DNA from: a virus
Virus record (IMG/VR): IMGVR_UViG_3300037258_000161
Coordinates: 1 to 64,000 of that record
DNA: 64,000 nt
Reading direction: 5' to 3' (one strand)
Shown here: positions 25,840 through 35,293 of the stretch, piece after piece
Position numbering within the stretch: position 1 is the stretch's first letter
Layout of the letters: the number at the start of each line of letters is the position of its first letter
Notes under the pieces: model-generated
Database searches by the model: none
Told to the model about the DNA's origin: nothing
The model's input: the letters and a program-made list of their open reading frames with translations, nothing else
Program-made: the position numbers and the translations under genes

Positions 25840-28143
25840 GCCCATGGCGTACAGGGTGACGGTGCTGGCTGCGGTGCCGGACGCCAGCGCCCAGTCCATC
25901 TGGTATTTCTGGCCAGCAGTAAGCCCGGTGAGCACCTGGCTGGCGGACCACAGGCCGAAACTGGTGACCGCGTTCACGAGGAATACGCTGCCGTACAGAT
26001 TCCCCGAAGCGTGATCGAGCAGGCCCCAGCAGTGCAGCACGGCCGTGGTGGGAGCGGTGCCGTTCGCCGTCAGCCTCACGAGCACCTGGCCTGAGGCGGG
26101 AGCCGTGAACGAGACCGTCATGTTCACCTGGTCAACCGCTGCCAGCGTCGTGCTGCTGCTGGTGTAGATCGCCCTCGTGCCCGGTGCGAACTGGTTGACA
26201 CCCAGCAGGTAGGGCTGGTCAGGGCCGTAGCTTGGCTGGTCGAACACTGACGGGATGGTGCAGGGGTTGACGAACAGCGACCCGTTATTCGCGTAGAGGT
26301 TCGGCCCGATGAGGTGGCCGCCGCAGGCGTCACTGCCCTGGCCCATGTGCACGGCCGTGGAGGTGTTGTCGTGGATGTCGTTCCCGGCCACCACGCAGTT
26401 CCTGGCGACCATGTTGATGCCGTAGGTGCCGTTGTGGTGGAGCTCGCAGCCGGTGACGGTCAGGCTGGAGGCGTAGTCCACCCAGATGCCCGTGCCGGTG
26501 TTGTTCGCGCACACGCATCCCGAGATGGTCCCGCCCACGTCGGTGAAGATGTGGGAGCCGTCCAGGGCATACGCAGTGGTGGCGTCCAGGGCGTTGCCGA
26601 GGGCGCCGAAGGAAAAGGCCGTGGCGGTGTTCGAGGTGATGACCGCGGACTCGCCGTTGCCGGTCCCCCCGGTGAAGCGGATCGTCCAGCCTGCCCACTG
26701 GCTGGAAGTCCAGGACCGGGTGGAGTCCGTCAGGCTCGTGGTGGTGCCCGAGGAGGCGGTCCCGGTGACCTGGCTGCTTCCCCAGAGCACGTCGACGCCG
26801 ATGCCCCCGGCGCCGTTGCCCTCGCACCGCACCCCGGTGATGGTGAAATCGTGGCAGCCCTCGGATACGCATACCCCGTAGCCGGAGGTGCCGTTACCTG
26901 AGCAGTCACCCCCCGTGACCTGGAAGTCCGAGCACGGGGTGTTGAAGCTGGCGAAGTTGAACACCACCCCGTGGGCGGTGTTGCCGGTGCAGATGGGGCC
27001 GGTGATGTGCGTGCCCGCGGAGCCCTGGACCAGGATGCCGGACCGGCTGGAGCCGGTACCGCAGGCAGTGCAGACCGGGCGCACGATCCTGCAGTTCAGG
27101 CCGCCCGCGATCACGATGCCCGAGGCGCCGAGGTTCGTGACGGCGGCGTCCTCGAGGAAGGCCGTGACGGTATAGGTGCCGATCACGGCCGAGGCCACGG
27201 ATATGCCCTGCTGCCAGCCGTTCTGCACGGTGACCCGGCGGATGCTGATCCCGGTCACGCTCGCGCTGGCCGCCGTGACGCTGATGCCCATCTGCGTCGC
27301 AGCCGATCCGCTATTGGTATTGCCGGCGGAGTTCAGGTCGATCGTCAGGTCATGCCATGCCGCGTTTGACACGCTTGCGGCGGTGAAGACGTTGAAGGCG
27401 GAGGATCCTGAGGCGACCTTGATGGTCGTGAGGGACCGCCCGAGCCCGGCGATGGTGACACCGGCCGGGACGGCCACGCTCGCGTTGACCCAGAACGTGC
27501 CGGCGCCGAGCTGGACCAGGCCGCCCCCGGACGCGCTGGCGGCGGAGATGGCCGCGGAGATGGCCGCCTTGTCCGCGGCCCCGGTGGTGTCCGCCGACGC
27601 CTGGAGGAGCCTCGTCCAGCTCACGGCCTGCCAGGCGGCGTTCCCGGACGAGTCGGATCCCAGGTAGTCCCCCGCTGCCGCGCCGGACGGGATCCGCAGT
27701 GCGGGCGATCCGCCGAGGGTGAGCGTCCCCGACAGTGTGCCGCCGGTGAGCGGGACGTAGGCGCTGAGCGCCGTCCCGGGGGTCGCGGGGACCAGTGCGG
27801 AGAAGTCCAGCGTGGATGGTGAGCCGGGCAGGAACGCGGTGAAGGTGTCGGGGATGCCCGCGTCGAGGGTGAACTGGTAGGCCCAGTTCGCCGGGGCCAG
27901 TCCTGCCGTGTCGGTCGCGGCGAGGGGGAGCGAGAACGTCCCGCCGCTGCTGTGCCCGAAGCTGCGCCGAACCCCGCAGGCAGCCACGACGATGAACCCG
28001 GAGGCGTCGGTCACGGTGACAGGGATGACCTGCGTGCCCCTGGTGATCACGGGGACCGCCGTGATGGTGCCGCTGACCGGCTGGCCGGATGCGTCTGCCA
28101 CGGTGCCGGTCAGCGTCACCAGCGGCGGGATGGTGACGGGCAT
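25774..28143 (-). CDS. tailspike-like protein with parallel beta-helix (pectate-lyase-like)
   Basis: Shared N-terminal fibre module; D..AI.AAI...GGG.V.L..GT.; repeated N...GI rungs; C-terminal domain shared with two other fibres. Confidence 0.8.
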   Translation of the reverse strand: MPVTIPPLVTLTGTVADASGQPVSGTITAVPVITRGTQVIPVTVTDASGFIVVAACGVRRSFGHSSGGTFSLPLAATDTAGLAPANWAYQFTLDAGIPDTFTAFLPGSPSTLDFSALVPATPGTALSAYVPLTGGTLSGTLTLGGSPALRIPSGAAAGDYLGSDSSGNAAWQAVSWTRLLQASADTTGAADKAAISAAISAASASGGGLVQLGAGTFWVNASVAVPAGVTIAGLGRSLTTIKVASGSSAFNVFTAASVSNAAWHDLTIDLNSAGNTNSGSAATQMGISVTAASASVTGISIRRVTVQNGWQQGISVASAVIGTYTVTAFLEDAAVTNLGASGIVIAGGLNCRIVRPVCTACGTGSSRSGILVQGSAGTHITGPICTGNTAHGVVFNFASFNTPCSDFQVTGGDCSGNGTSGYGVCVSEGCHDFTITGVRCEGNGAGGIGVDVLWGSSQVTGTASSGTTTSLTDSTRSWTSSQWAGWTIRFTGGTGNGESAVITSNTATAFSFGALGNALDATTAYALDGSHIFTDVGGTISGCVCANNTGTGIWVDYASSLTVTGCELHHNGTYGINMVARNCVVAGNDIHDNTSTAVHMGQGSDACGGHLIGPNLYANNGSLFVNPCTIPSVFDQPSYGPDQPYLLGVNQFAPGTRAIYTSSSTTLAAVDQVNMTVSFTAPASGQVLVRLTANGTAPTTAVLHCWGLLDHASGNLYGSVFLVNAVTSFGLWSASQVLTGLTAGQKYQMDWALASGTAASTVTLYAMGSASKTIPASQASPAVMEVWAA

Positions 28144-31007
28144 CAGGAGATACGCCGGGCAACTGCGTAGCTCCCGGCCTTCGGCGTTAGCGTGCTTCCG
28201 CCCGCAGTCCCGGCGTCCAGTTGCGGGTAGACGGTGCCGCTGGCAGAGAAGGACGCGAGGATCTTGATGGTGAGCGGCATCCCGTTGGTTCCGGTGTCGG
28301 TGGCCGACCCATTGCCGGTCAGGGTGATGGGCCCGGCGTAGGCCTTCGGGTTGCCGCCCCCGGACAGGGCGACGGTGATCCAGCAGGAGCCATAGGAGAC
28401 TGACGGGTTGCTGATTCCCCACCCGACATTGTTTCCGCTGCTGGCCGAGATGGTGTACCTGATGGCGAACTCGATGAGGTACGTGCCGCCCGAGACCACG
28501 GGGACGCCGAGCGCGGTCAGGTTCGCGAGGGAGGTACTGGTGATCCCGGTCGCATCCGAGGTCAATTCCGCGTAGGTGCTGATCTGCCCGTCGTACTGGC
28601 TGCCGCCCAGCGTGGAGCCGTTCACGATATTGGAGCCCGCGTCGTTGCCGACGAAGGTGAACTGGCTCGCATAGGTCGCGTTAAAGTTGATCGGTGCGCT
28701 GGCGTACTCGCCGTTGAACTGGTTGCCGGAGAAGTTGAACGGGCCCGTGGTGCACGCGCTGGCGTCGATGCAGTTCAGCGTCGATTGCGTCCACTGGCAG
28801 TTCGTGATCGACAGCGGCCCGGTCACGGGGGCGTCGAGCTGGATGCCGTTGTAGGAGTTCGTCGCCGCGCCCTGGCACTGGATGCCGCTGATGCGGATCT
28901 TCGCGCCGGCCTGGATGCGGATGGCCTGCGGGATGGAATGCACGGGGCTGGAGTTGTCCGCCCCGTAGTCCCCGCCGGTGATCTCCACATCCTGCGTGGC
29001 CACGCCGATCAGCAGCGACACCGACGCCGTGGCGGTCGCGTTGACCGCGGCCTGTGTGGCCAGCACGTTGTTCCCGGACGCGGGGACGACCTGGCACATC
29101 GTGAAGCCGACGCCAGGCGTCACAGTCTGGATGACGGTCCCGGAGGGGATGCCGGGCCCGGACACGTTCTTGCCCAGGTCGGTGGACAGGATCGCCGTGT
29201 CGGTCACCGCCGGGGAACCGGAGGTGGTGCCGCAGCTAGCGTCGGTCCGGCCGCCCATCCGCAGCGACGCACCGGAGGCGTAGCAGGCGTACATCCGCAG
29301 CTCGCCGTAGCAGGAGCCGAAGTCGAACCCGATGGGCTGGAAGGTGCCGCCGGGCAGGATCGCCTCGGGCGGGTAGACGCCGCCGCCGTTGTAGTTCGCC
29401 CCGACGTTGATGAGGGTGATGCCGTAGTTGGGCTGGCCGATGCCGAGGGTGTTGCGGCAGACGAGGGAGCAGATCCCGTTGATGTCGCAGCCGATCATCC
29501 ACAGCGACCCGTTGCACGAGTCCGACACCACGCCGACGGAGTCCCCGGAGATGCCCGTGGACAGGATGTGCAGCGGGTTCTGCGTGTAGATCCCGTAGTT
29601 CCGGCCGTAGATCCAGCAGCCGACGATCTCGGTCCGGCCGCCGCCGTTGAAGCAGGAGATCCCGTTGAAGCTGTTGTAAAGCCACATGTTGTTCATCCGG
29701 ACCGTGCCGCCGGTCTGGAAGTTGATCGCCGACCCGGCGGTCGAGCCTGCGATGGTGAGCTGCACATTCGACGCGGTTGCGGTCGCGTTGGCGCTCATCG
29801 TGAACGAGGTCCCGGCGACCACTGACAGGATCGTCGTCCCGCCCGGGATCCCGGCCCCGGTGACGGTCTTCCCGACGTCGACGGTGCCGATCGCGGAGTC
29901 CAGGACGACGGCGCTGCCACTGGTGGTGACACACGAGATGTCGGTGACGGTCAGCGATACCGTGGCGGATGCGGTGGCTGCCTGGCTCATCACGAACGAC
30001 GTGCTGGCGACGACACTGACGATGGTGGTGCTCGCGGGGATCCCGGACCCGGTGACGCTGCGGCCGACGTCGGCGGTCTTGACGTGCGAGTCGGTGACGG
30101 TCGTGCTGGTGCTGGTCGTGACGCACCCGGAGTCGGTGCGGCTGACGCTGCCGAAGTCGGTGTGGTTCGACCCGACCGAGGAGTCCAGGTACATGTAGCT
30201 GAACGCGACCCCGTTGCCCGCCGCCACGTAGAACGTGTCGTAGTTCCCGGTGGCCTTGATCCGGGAGCCGTACCCGTCGCCCATGACGTGCAGGCCGTCC
30301 CCGTACGAGGACAGGGTGATGGTGCCGGTGGTCTTGTAGTCCCCGCTCGCGGCCGGGAAGTACAGGCAGCCGCCGCCCTGTGCGCTGAGCGCGTTCGCCG
30401 CGGCCTGGATGGCGCTGGTGTCGTCGTGGCTGCCGTTCCCGAGCGCCCCGTAGTTCCGCACGTTGAACACGGGGGAAGGCGCGGGCTGCCACGTCCCGTT
30501 GCCGGAACTGTCCGAGGTGAAGACGTTCCCCGCGACGGCACCCGTGGAGATCCGCAGCGGCGGGGAGCCGCCGAGGGTGAGCGTCCCTGAGACGCTCCCT
30601 CCGGTAATGGGGATGTAGGAGGTCAGCGCGGTCCCCGGCGTGACCGGGGTGAGCGCCGAGAGGTCAACGGGGGACGGGGAGGCGGGCAGCAGGACCGTGA
30701 AGACCTCGGTCGTCCCGGCCTGGAGGGTGAGCCTGTAAGCCCACCCGCTAGGTGCGAGCCCCGCCGTGTCGGTGGACGTGAGCGGCATCGAGAAGTAGCC
30801 GGCGGTCGATGCGGAGAACTGCCTGCTCACCCCGCACGGGGCGACGACGACCTGCCCGGACGTGTCCGTCACGTTCGTCGGGACGGGCGCGTTACCCGGT
30901 GCCGGGATGATCACCGGGACGGCGGTGATGGTGCCGGAGACCGGCTCGCCGGAGGCGTCCGTGACGGTGCCGGTGAGCGTCGTCAGGGGGGGCAGCGTGG
31001 CAGTCAT
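28143..31007 (-). CDS. tailspike-like protein with parallel beta-helix (GH28/pectate-lyase-like)
   Basis: FNVRNYGALGNGSHDDTSAIQAA...GGGCLYFP; three inserted ~60-aa repeats. Confidence 0.85.
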   Translation of the reverse strand: MTATLPPLTTLTGTVTDASGEPVSGTITAVPVIIPAPGNAPVPTNVTDTSGQVVVAPCGVSRQFSASTAGYFSMPLTSTDTAGLAPSGWAYRLTLQAGTTEVFTVLLPASPSPVDLSALTPVTPGTALTSYIPITGGSVSGTLTLGGSPPLRISTGAVAGNVFTSDSSGNGTWQPAPSPVFNVRNYGALGNGSHDDTSAIQAAANALSAQGGGCLYFPAASGDYKTTGTITLSSYGDGLHVMGDGYGSRIKATGNYDTFYVAAGNGVAFSYMYLDSSVGSNHTDFGSVSRTDSGCVTTSTSTTVTDSHVKTADVGRSVTGSGIPASTTIVSVVASTSFVMSQAATASATVSLTVTDISCVTTSGSAVVLDSAIGTVDVGKTVTGAGIPGGTTILSVVAGTSFTMSANATATASNVQLTIAGSTAGSAINFQTGGTVRMNNMWLYNSFNGISCFNGGGRTEIVGCWIYGRNYGIYTQNPLHILSTGISGDSVGVVSDSCNGSLWMIGCDINGICSLVCRNTLGIGQPNYGITLINVGANYNGGGVYPPEAILPGGTFQPIGFDFGSCYGELRMYACYASGASLRMGGRTDASCGTTSGSPAVTDTAILSTDLGKNVSGPGIPSGTVIQTVTPGVGFTMCQVVPASGNNVLATQAAVNATATASVSLLIGVATQDVEITGGDYGADNSSPVHSIPQAIRIQAGAKIRISGIQCQGAATNSYNGIQLDAPVTGPLSITNCQWTQSTLNCIDASACTTGPFNFSGNQFNGEYASAPINFNATYASQFTFVGNDAGSNIVNGSTLGGSQYDGQISTYAELTSDATGITSTSLANLTALGVPVVSGGTYLIEFAIRYTISASSGNNVGWGISNPSVSYGSCWITVALSGGGNPKAYAGPITLTGNGSATDTGTNGMPLTIKILASFSASGTVYPQLDAGTAGGSTLTPKAGSYAVARRIS

Positions 31008-33397
31008 CAGGCTGCCCACACCTCCATGACGGCGGGGCTCCCGATGTTGGTCGTGGTCGCGGTCGTGCCGGTGATCCCGCGGACGAAGACGCTGACCGTG
31101 CTCGAGCCCGTGTTCGACGCCAGCGCCCAGTCCATCTGGTAGGCGGTGCCGGGAGTCAGGCCGGTGATGCGCTGAGGCACCGAGTAGGCCCCGGGGGCTG
31201 TCGTGGCCATGACGTACATCTGGGAGCCGTAGAGGGTTGTTGTCGTGGTGTGGTCGGTGAGCCCGAAGACGACCTGGACGGCTGTCGAGGGCGCGTCCAC
31301 CCAGGCGGACAGCCTGACGAGCACGGCCCCCGATGCGGGGGCAGTGAAGGACACGGTCAGGTTGGCAGCGTCCATCGCCGCGAGTGTCGTGCTGTTGCTG
31401 GTGTAAGTGGACCGGGTGCCGGGGGCGTACTGGCAGACGGCCAGCAGGTTCGTCGGGTGGACGTGACCGGAATCCGCGGCCAGCCCGTTCGACCCCGCGG
31501 CCTGCGAGCCCAGCGCGAGGATGTGCCCGGCGGTCGTGTCGAGCTGGGCGATCTTGGCCCAGGTGCCCGGGGTGCCCGCCGAGGTGCAGACCCAGATGTT
31601 CCCGGCCTGCGTGACAACGTAGTCACCGGCGGCGAACGTCCCGGAGGCGGGCGCACCTGAGGCGGTGGCCCCCGCGTACCGGCTCGCCGCGGTCGCGCCG
31701 GTGAGGCCCGTCGGGGCGAGGACGGCCGGCTGGGGGTGAACGTGCCCCGCATCGGCTGCCTTGCCCGCCGAGCCGGCCGCCGCAGTTCCGGGGGAGGCCG
31801 CGATGTCCCCGGACGTGGCGTCCAGGGCTATGCCGTTCGCCGCTGCGGTGATCCGGCCCTTCGTGTCGACGGTGATGTTCGCCGCCGTGTAGGAGGCCGC
31901 CGTGACCGCCGTGGTGCCCAGTGTCGGGCTTGGGTAGGTGCCCGTCAGGTCCCCGCCGGCGGATTCCCCGGAGATGACGAGGCCCGTGGTCGGGTGGATG
32001 TGGTCGGCCGCCGCGGCCTGGGTCAATGAGCCAGCGGCAGCCGACCCGCTGAGGGCCTTGATGTCGCTGGCGGTAGTGTCCACCTGCAGCGGCAGCGTCC
32101 ACGAGGCGTGCGTCGAGTCGGTGGCGATGGGCACCCGCCCGCTGGCCACGGTTCCCGAGACCGCCACGGCTCCGATGTTGGACGTGAACGGGTGGATGTG
32201 GTCGGCAGGTGACGCCTGCGTGCTCACGCCCGGGGAGGCGGCACCGAGCGCGGCCGGGTTGTCGACCGAGTCGATCGCCAGCGTGTCCGCCGTCTGCCAC
32301 GTGGCCGCCGAGGGGCCAGTGCAGATGATCGCCTTGCCAGTGGCCGGCGAGCCGCTGACGGTGACCCCGTTGATGATGCTGGTGGACGGGTGAATGTGCC
32401 CGGCGTCCGACGCCTTGCCCACCGAGCCAGGGGCGGCAGTGCCGAGGGCCAGCGGGTTGTCGGTGCTGTCGATCAGCAGGCCGCCGCCCGCGTAGAACGC
32501 CCACACGATCGCCGTCGTGCCGATCGTGAACGGCCCCGCCGAGGCGACAAACCAGCCCGTGTCGGTGCCCGCCGTCCCGGCTTCGACCAGGGCGAACGCG
32601 CCCGGCACCTGGGAGCCGGTACTCATGTCACTGGCGCGGGTGAGGATGTAGGGCAGCGAGCCCGAGCCGGCCTGGGTGGTCACGTAGATCCCGTTATGGG
32701 ACTGGGTAACCTCGTTCTTGACCAGCACCCGGTCACCAGCGGAGACGCTGACGCCGTCCACGGTCAGCGCGGCGTTCGCCGTGGCGGTGAGCACCCCGGA
32801 GGCGTAGGTGTTGCCAGCCAGTGCCGCAGCGGTCGCCAGACGGACCGCAGGCTTCGCGTCCAGCCCCGCCGACGCCGTGTCCACGTAACCCTTGGTGGCC
32901 ACTTCCAGGGCCGTCTGGGGCGACTCGGAGGCGTACAGGGGGCCTGTCATCGTCCCGCCGGCGAGCGGGACTGCTCCCACCTCGGATGCGGTCAGCACCA
33001 CAGCGCCGGTCTGCCCGTTGATGCTGTAGACCGCAGTCCCGGAAGGGGTGGCGAACGGTGGCGACGGGGCGACTGTGGATAGCTGCACCGAGGCGCCGAG
33101 CGAGGAAGGCAGCAGAACCGTGAACGGGTAGCTGTCCATCCCCTGCACGTCGATCATGACCCTGTAGGCCCATTGCCCTGCGGGGCTCAGCCCGGAGTTG
33201 TCAGTGCAGGGGAGCGTGAGCGTGAAGGTGCCTGTGGCCTGATTCACCGGAACGGTGACCGGCTGGATCGGGAAGACCACATTGCCGTCGGCCAGGCGGC
33301 AGGTGGCAGTGAAGGACACGCTCCCGCCAAGCGGGTTCCCGGTGATATCCGAATAGGCGTCGGTCACCGTGATCGTGGTGAGGCCACCAGGCAGCAT
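31007..33397 (-). CDS. tail fibre with HxH repeats
   Basis: Shared N-module, [25 protein letters not shown]...NGIY, five (D/G)H(I/V)HP repeats. Confidence 0.8.
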   Translation of the reverse strand: MLPGGLTTITVTDAYSDITGNPLGGSVSFTATCRLADGNVVFPIQPVTVPVNQATGTFTLTLPCTDNSGLSPAGQWAYRVMIDVQGMDSYPFTVLLPSSLGASVQLSTVAPSPPFATPSGTAVYSINGQTGAVVLTASEVGAVPLAGGTMTGPLYASESPQTALEVATKGYVDTASAGLDAKPAVRLATAAALAGNTYASGVLTATANAALTVDGVSVSAGDRVLVKNEVTQSHNGIYVTTQAGSGSLPYILTRASDMSTGSQVPGAFALVEAGTAGTDTGWFVASAGPFTIGTTAIVWAFYAGGGLLIDSTDNPLALGTAAPGSVGKASDAGHIHPSTSIINGVTVSGSPATGKAIICTGPSAATWQTADTLAIDSVDNPAALGAASPGVSTQASPADHIHPFTSNIGAVAVSGTVASGRVPIATDSTHASWTLPLQVDTTASDIKALSGSAAAGSLTQAAAADHIHPTTGLVISGESAGGDLTGTYPSPTLGTTAVTAASYTAANITVDTKGRITAAANGIALDATSGDIAASPGTAAAGSAGKAADAGHVHPQPAVLAPTGLTGATAASRYAGATASGAPASGTFAAGDYVVTQAGNIWVCTSAGTPGTWAKIAQLDTTAGHILALGSQAAGSNGLAADSGHVHPTNLLAVCQYAPGTRSTYTSNSTTLAAMDAANLTVSFTAPASGAVLVRLSAWVDAPSTAVQVVFGLTDHTTTTTLYGSQMYVMATTAPGAYSVPQRITGLTPGTAYQMDWALASNTGSSTVSVFVRGITGTTATTTNIGSPAVMEVWAA

Positions 33398-33470
33398 TCC
33401 GGAACCCTCCTCGCAGTGTTCTGGCAAGCGCGGAGTACCGGGGATGGACCCGGTACGGGAGGCGTTCTGG

Positions 33471-34553
33471 CTAGATGGCCTGCACGGTCATGGCCACGGG
33501 GAGCCCCTGGCTTGTGCTGCCGAAGCCGGGAGAGGTTCCGGACTGCCCGATCGCATTGACGGTCAGCGTTCCGGCGCTCGCGATGGCGAACATGAGGTCC
33601 AGGTTGTAGCTCGTACCGGCGGTCAGGCCGGTGACGATGAATTCGAGCGACTGCGGCAGGTTCACTCCGGTCGCCGGCAGGCTGAACGCCGGGGTTTTGC
33701 CGACCATCGGCGTGACGGTCCCATGGGCCGCCAGGCCGAACGCGACGGCATCCGCAGCGCTGACCTGCGCGGAGAAGGCCGCAGTCACGACGACGCTGCC
33801 GGATGGCGGGGCGGCGAAGGAACCCGTGTTCACGTTGGCACTGGACACCGCGGCAAAGGTTGCCGAGGTGGTGGTGAGCGACGCCTGGGCCCCTGGCGCG
33901 TACTGGGTGGGCGTGCAGAGGTACTGGCCGGAGACGACGCCCCACGCCGGGGCGGCGCTGACGGTGCCGTTGCCGGTCTGGGTGAACACCTTGACCTGGG
34001 CGGTCGTGTTCCCTGCCAGCCGGGCGCTCGCGTTCGCCCCGGAACCGTAGGTGATGTCACCGAGGGTCGTATTGGGCGAGAGCGCGTTGAAGGCCGCCGA
34101 TGCGGTCCCCGCGCCGGTGCCGCCCTGGGTGACAGGAACGTGGCCGCTGCTGTTGAGGCCGGCGACTCCGGACGGCTGCCCGATATTGGCCGTGGGCACA
34201 TACGTGGAGGTCTCGGGTGCGTCAGTGATGGTCTCCAGCGTGGAGATGTCCTGCGTGGAGGCGGTCGCGTAGGCCAGCGAGAAGGAGTACGCGGCTGGCG
34301 CGATCCCGGTGATGTACTCCGTGCAGTTCCACACCCATCCCGACGGCAGCAGGTCGCTGTTGTCCGTCGCATACAGCTCGACCGAGAAGGCACCTTCCGT
34401 GCTGAGGGTCGCCGTGATCGGTGACTGGCGGACAATCTCGGAGTCCGTGGCATCGGTCAGCTGGGTGTTCGGGACAAACTTCAGGTAGCCGGCGAGCGGG
34501 GCACCCGTCCCATCCTGGTAGGTGCCCGTCAGGGTCACTTTGTTCAATGCCAC
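33471..34553 (-). CDS. tail fibre-like protein
   Basis: Shared N-module, VTQGGTG, shared C-terminal domain. Confidence 0.8.
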   Translation of the reverse strand: MALNKVTLTGTYQDGTGAPLAGYLKFVPNTQLTDATDSEIVRQSPITATLSTEGAFSVELYATDNSDLLPSGWVWNCTEYITGIAPAAYSFSLAYATASTQDISTLETITDAPETSTYVPTANIGQPSGVAGLNSSGHVPVTQGGTGAGTASAAFNALSPNTTLGDITYGSGANASARLAGNTTAQVKVFTQTGNGTVSAAPAWGVVSGQYLCTPTQYAPGAQASLTTTSATFAAVSSANVNTGSFAAPPSGSVVVTAAFSAQVSAADAVAFGLAAHGTVTPMVGKTPAFSLPATGVNLPQSLEFIVTGLTAGTSYNLDLMFAIASAGTLTVNAIGQSGTSPGFGSTSQGLPVAMTVQAI

Positions 34554-34609
34554 AATCTGCCTCCGGCCGGGGTGGATGGTGTCAGGAAGGGGCAGCCGGA
34601 AGGCTGCGG

Positions 34610-35293
34610 TCAGGCGGTGAAAGCGAGCAACGCCGAGCCTGCGGTGACGGTGACGGAGCCTGGAGTCAGCGCGAGGGCGATGCCTGCATGGACGGCCTGA
34701 TTGGTGCTTGTGGTCGCCGAGTAACTCACCGTCCCCGCGGACCCGGGGATCTGGTAGTCCGCCACAAGGCCCCCATAGACGCTGCTGACGCGCTGCACCT
34801 CGCCAGCCGCGCTATTCCACGGCGACCCCGCGCCGCTGATGGCCAGAAGCGAGGACGAGTTCCCTGCGAGCATCCCGATCTGCACGGTGCCCGCAGGCGC
34901 GGATGCGGTAGTCCCGGACGCCCAGCTGGTGGTGTTCGGGACGGTCGTGACCAGCGACGACGCGGGCGTTACCGACAGCGCCGGCGCGTTGCCCATGCCG
35001 GAGAACTCGAAGGCGAAGATGTTCTGGATTGTCGCGTCCGAAGCGGTGAAGGCAACGTTGCTGGCACTCCCGTTGCAGTCCGGGTCCAGCCACACCGCGA
35101 TGACCTGGCCGCCCCCTGAGACGGTGATCAGCGACGACCAGTTGTCGTTGGATCCACCGAGGGTGACCTTCGACACCGACGACGCCCCATAGGCCTGCAC
35201 GCAGGCGATGAGGCAGTTCCCGGCTGCCGCATTTGATCCAAGAGTGGTGCTGCTGCCGGCACCGCTCGAGGACTGGACGAAGGCAGCAGTCAT
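34610..35293 (-). CDS. minor virion beta-sandwich protein
   Basis: TAATG overlap; MTAAFVQS...AAGNCLIA...FEFSG pattern; Ser/Thr-rich. Confidence 0.65.
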   Translation of the reverse strand: MTAAFVQSSSGAGSSTTLGSNAAAGNCLIACVQAYGASSVSKVTLGGSNDNWSSLITVSGGGQVIAVWLDPDCNGSASNVAFTASDATIQNIFAFEFSGMGNAPALSVTPASSLVTTVPNTTSWASGTTASAPAGTVQIGMLAGNSSSLLAISGAGSPWNSAAGEVQRVSSVYGGLVADYQIPGSAGTVSYSATTSTNQAVHAGIALALTPGSVTVTAGSALLAFTA

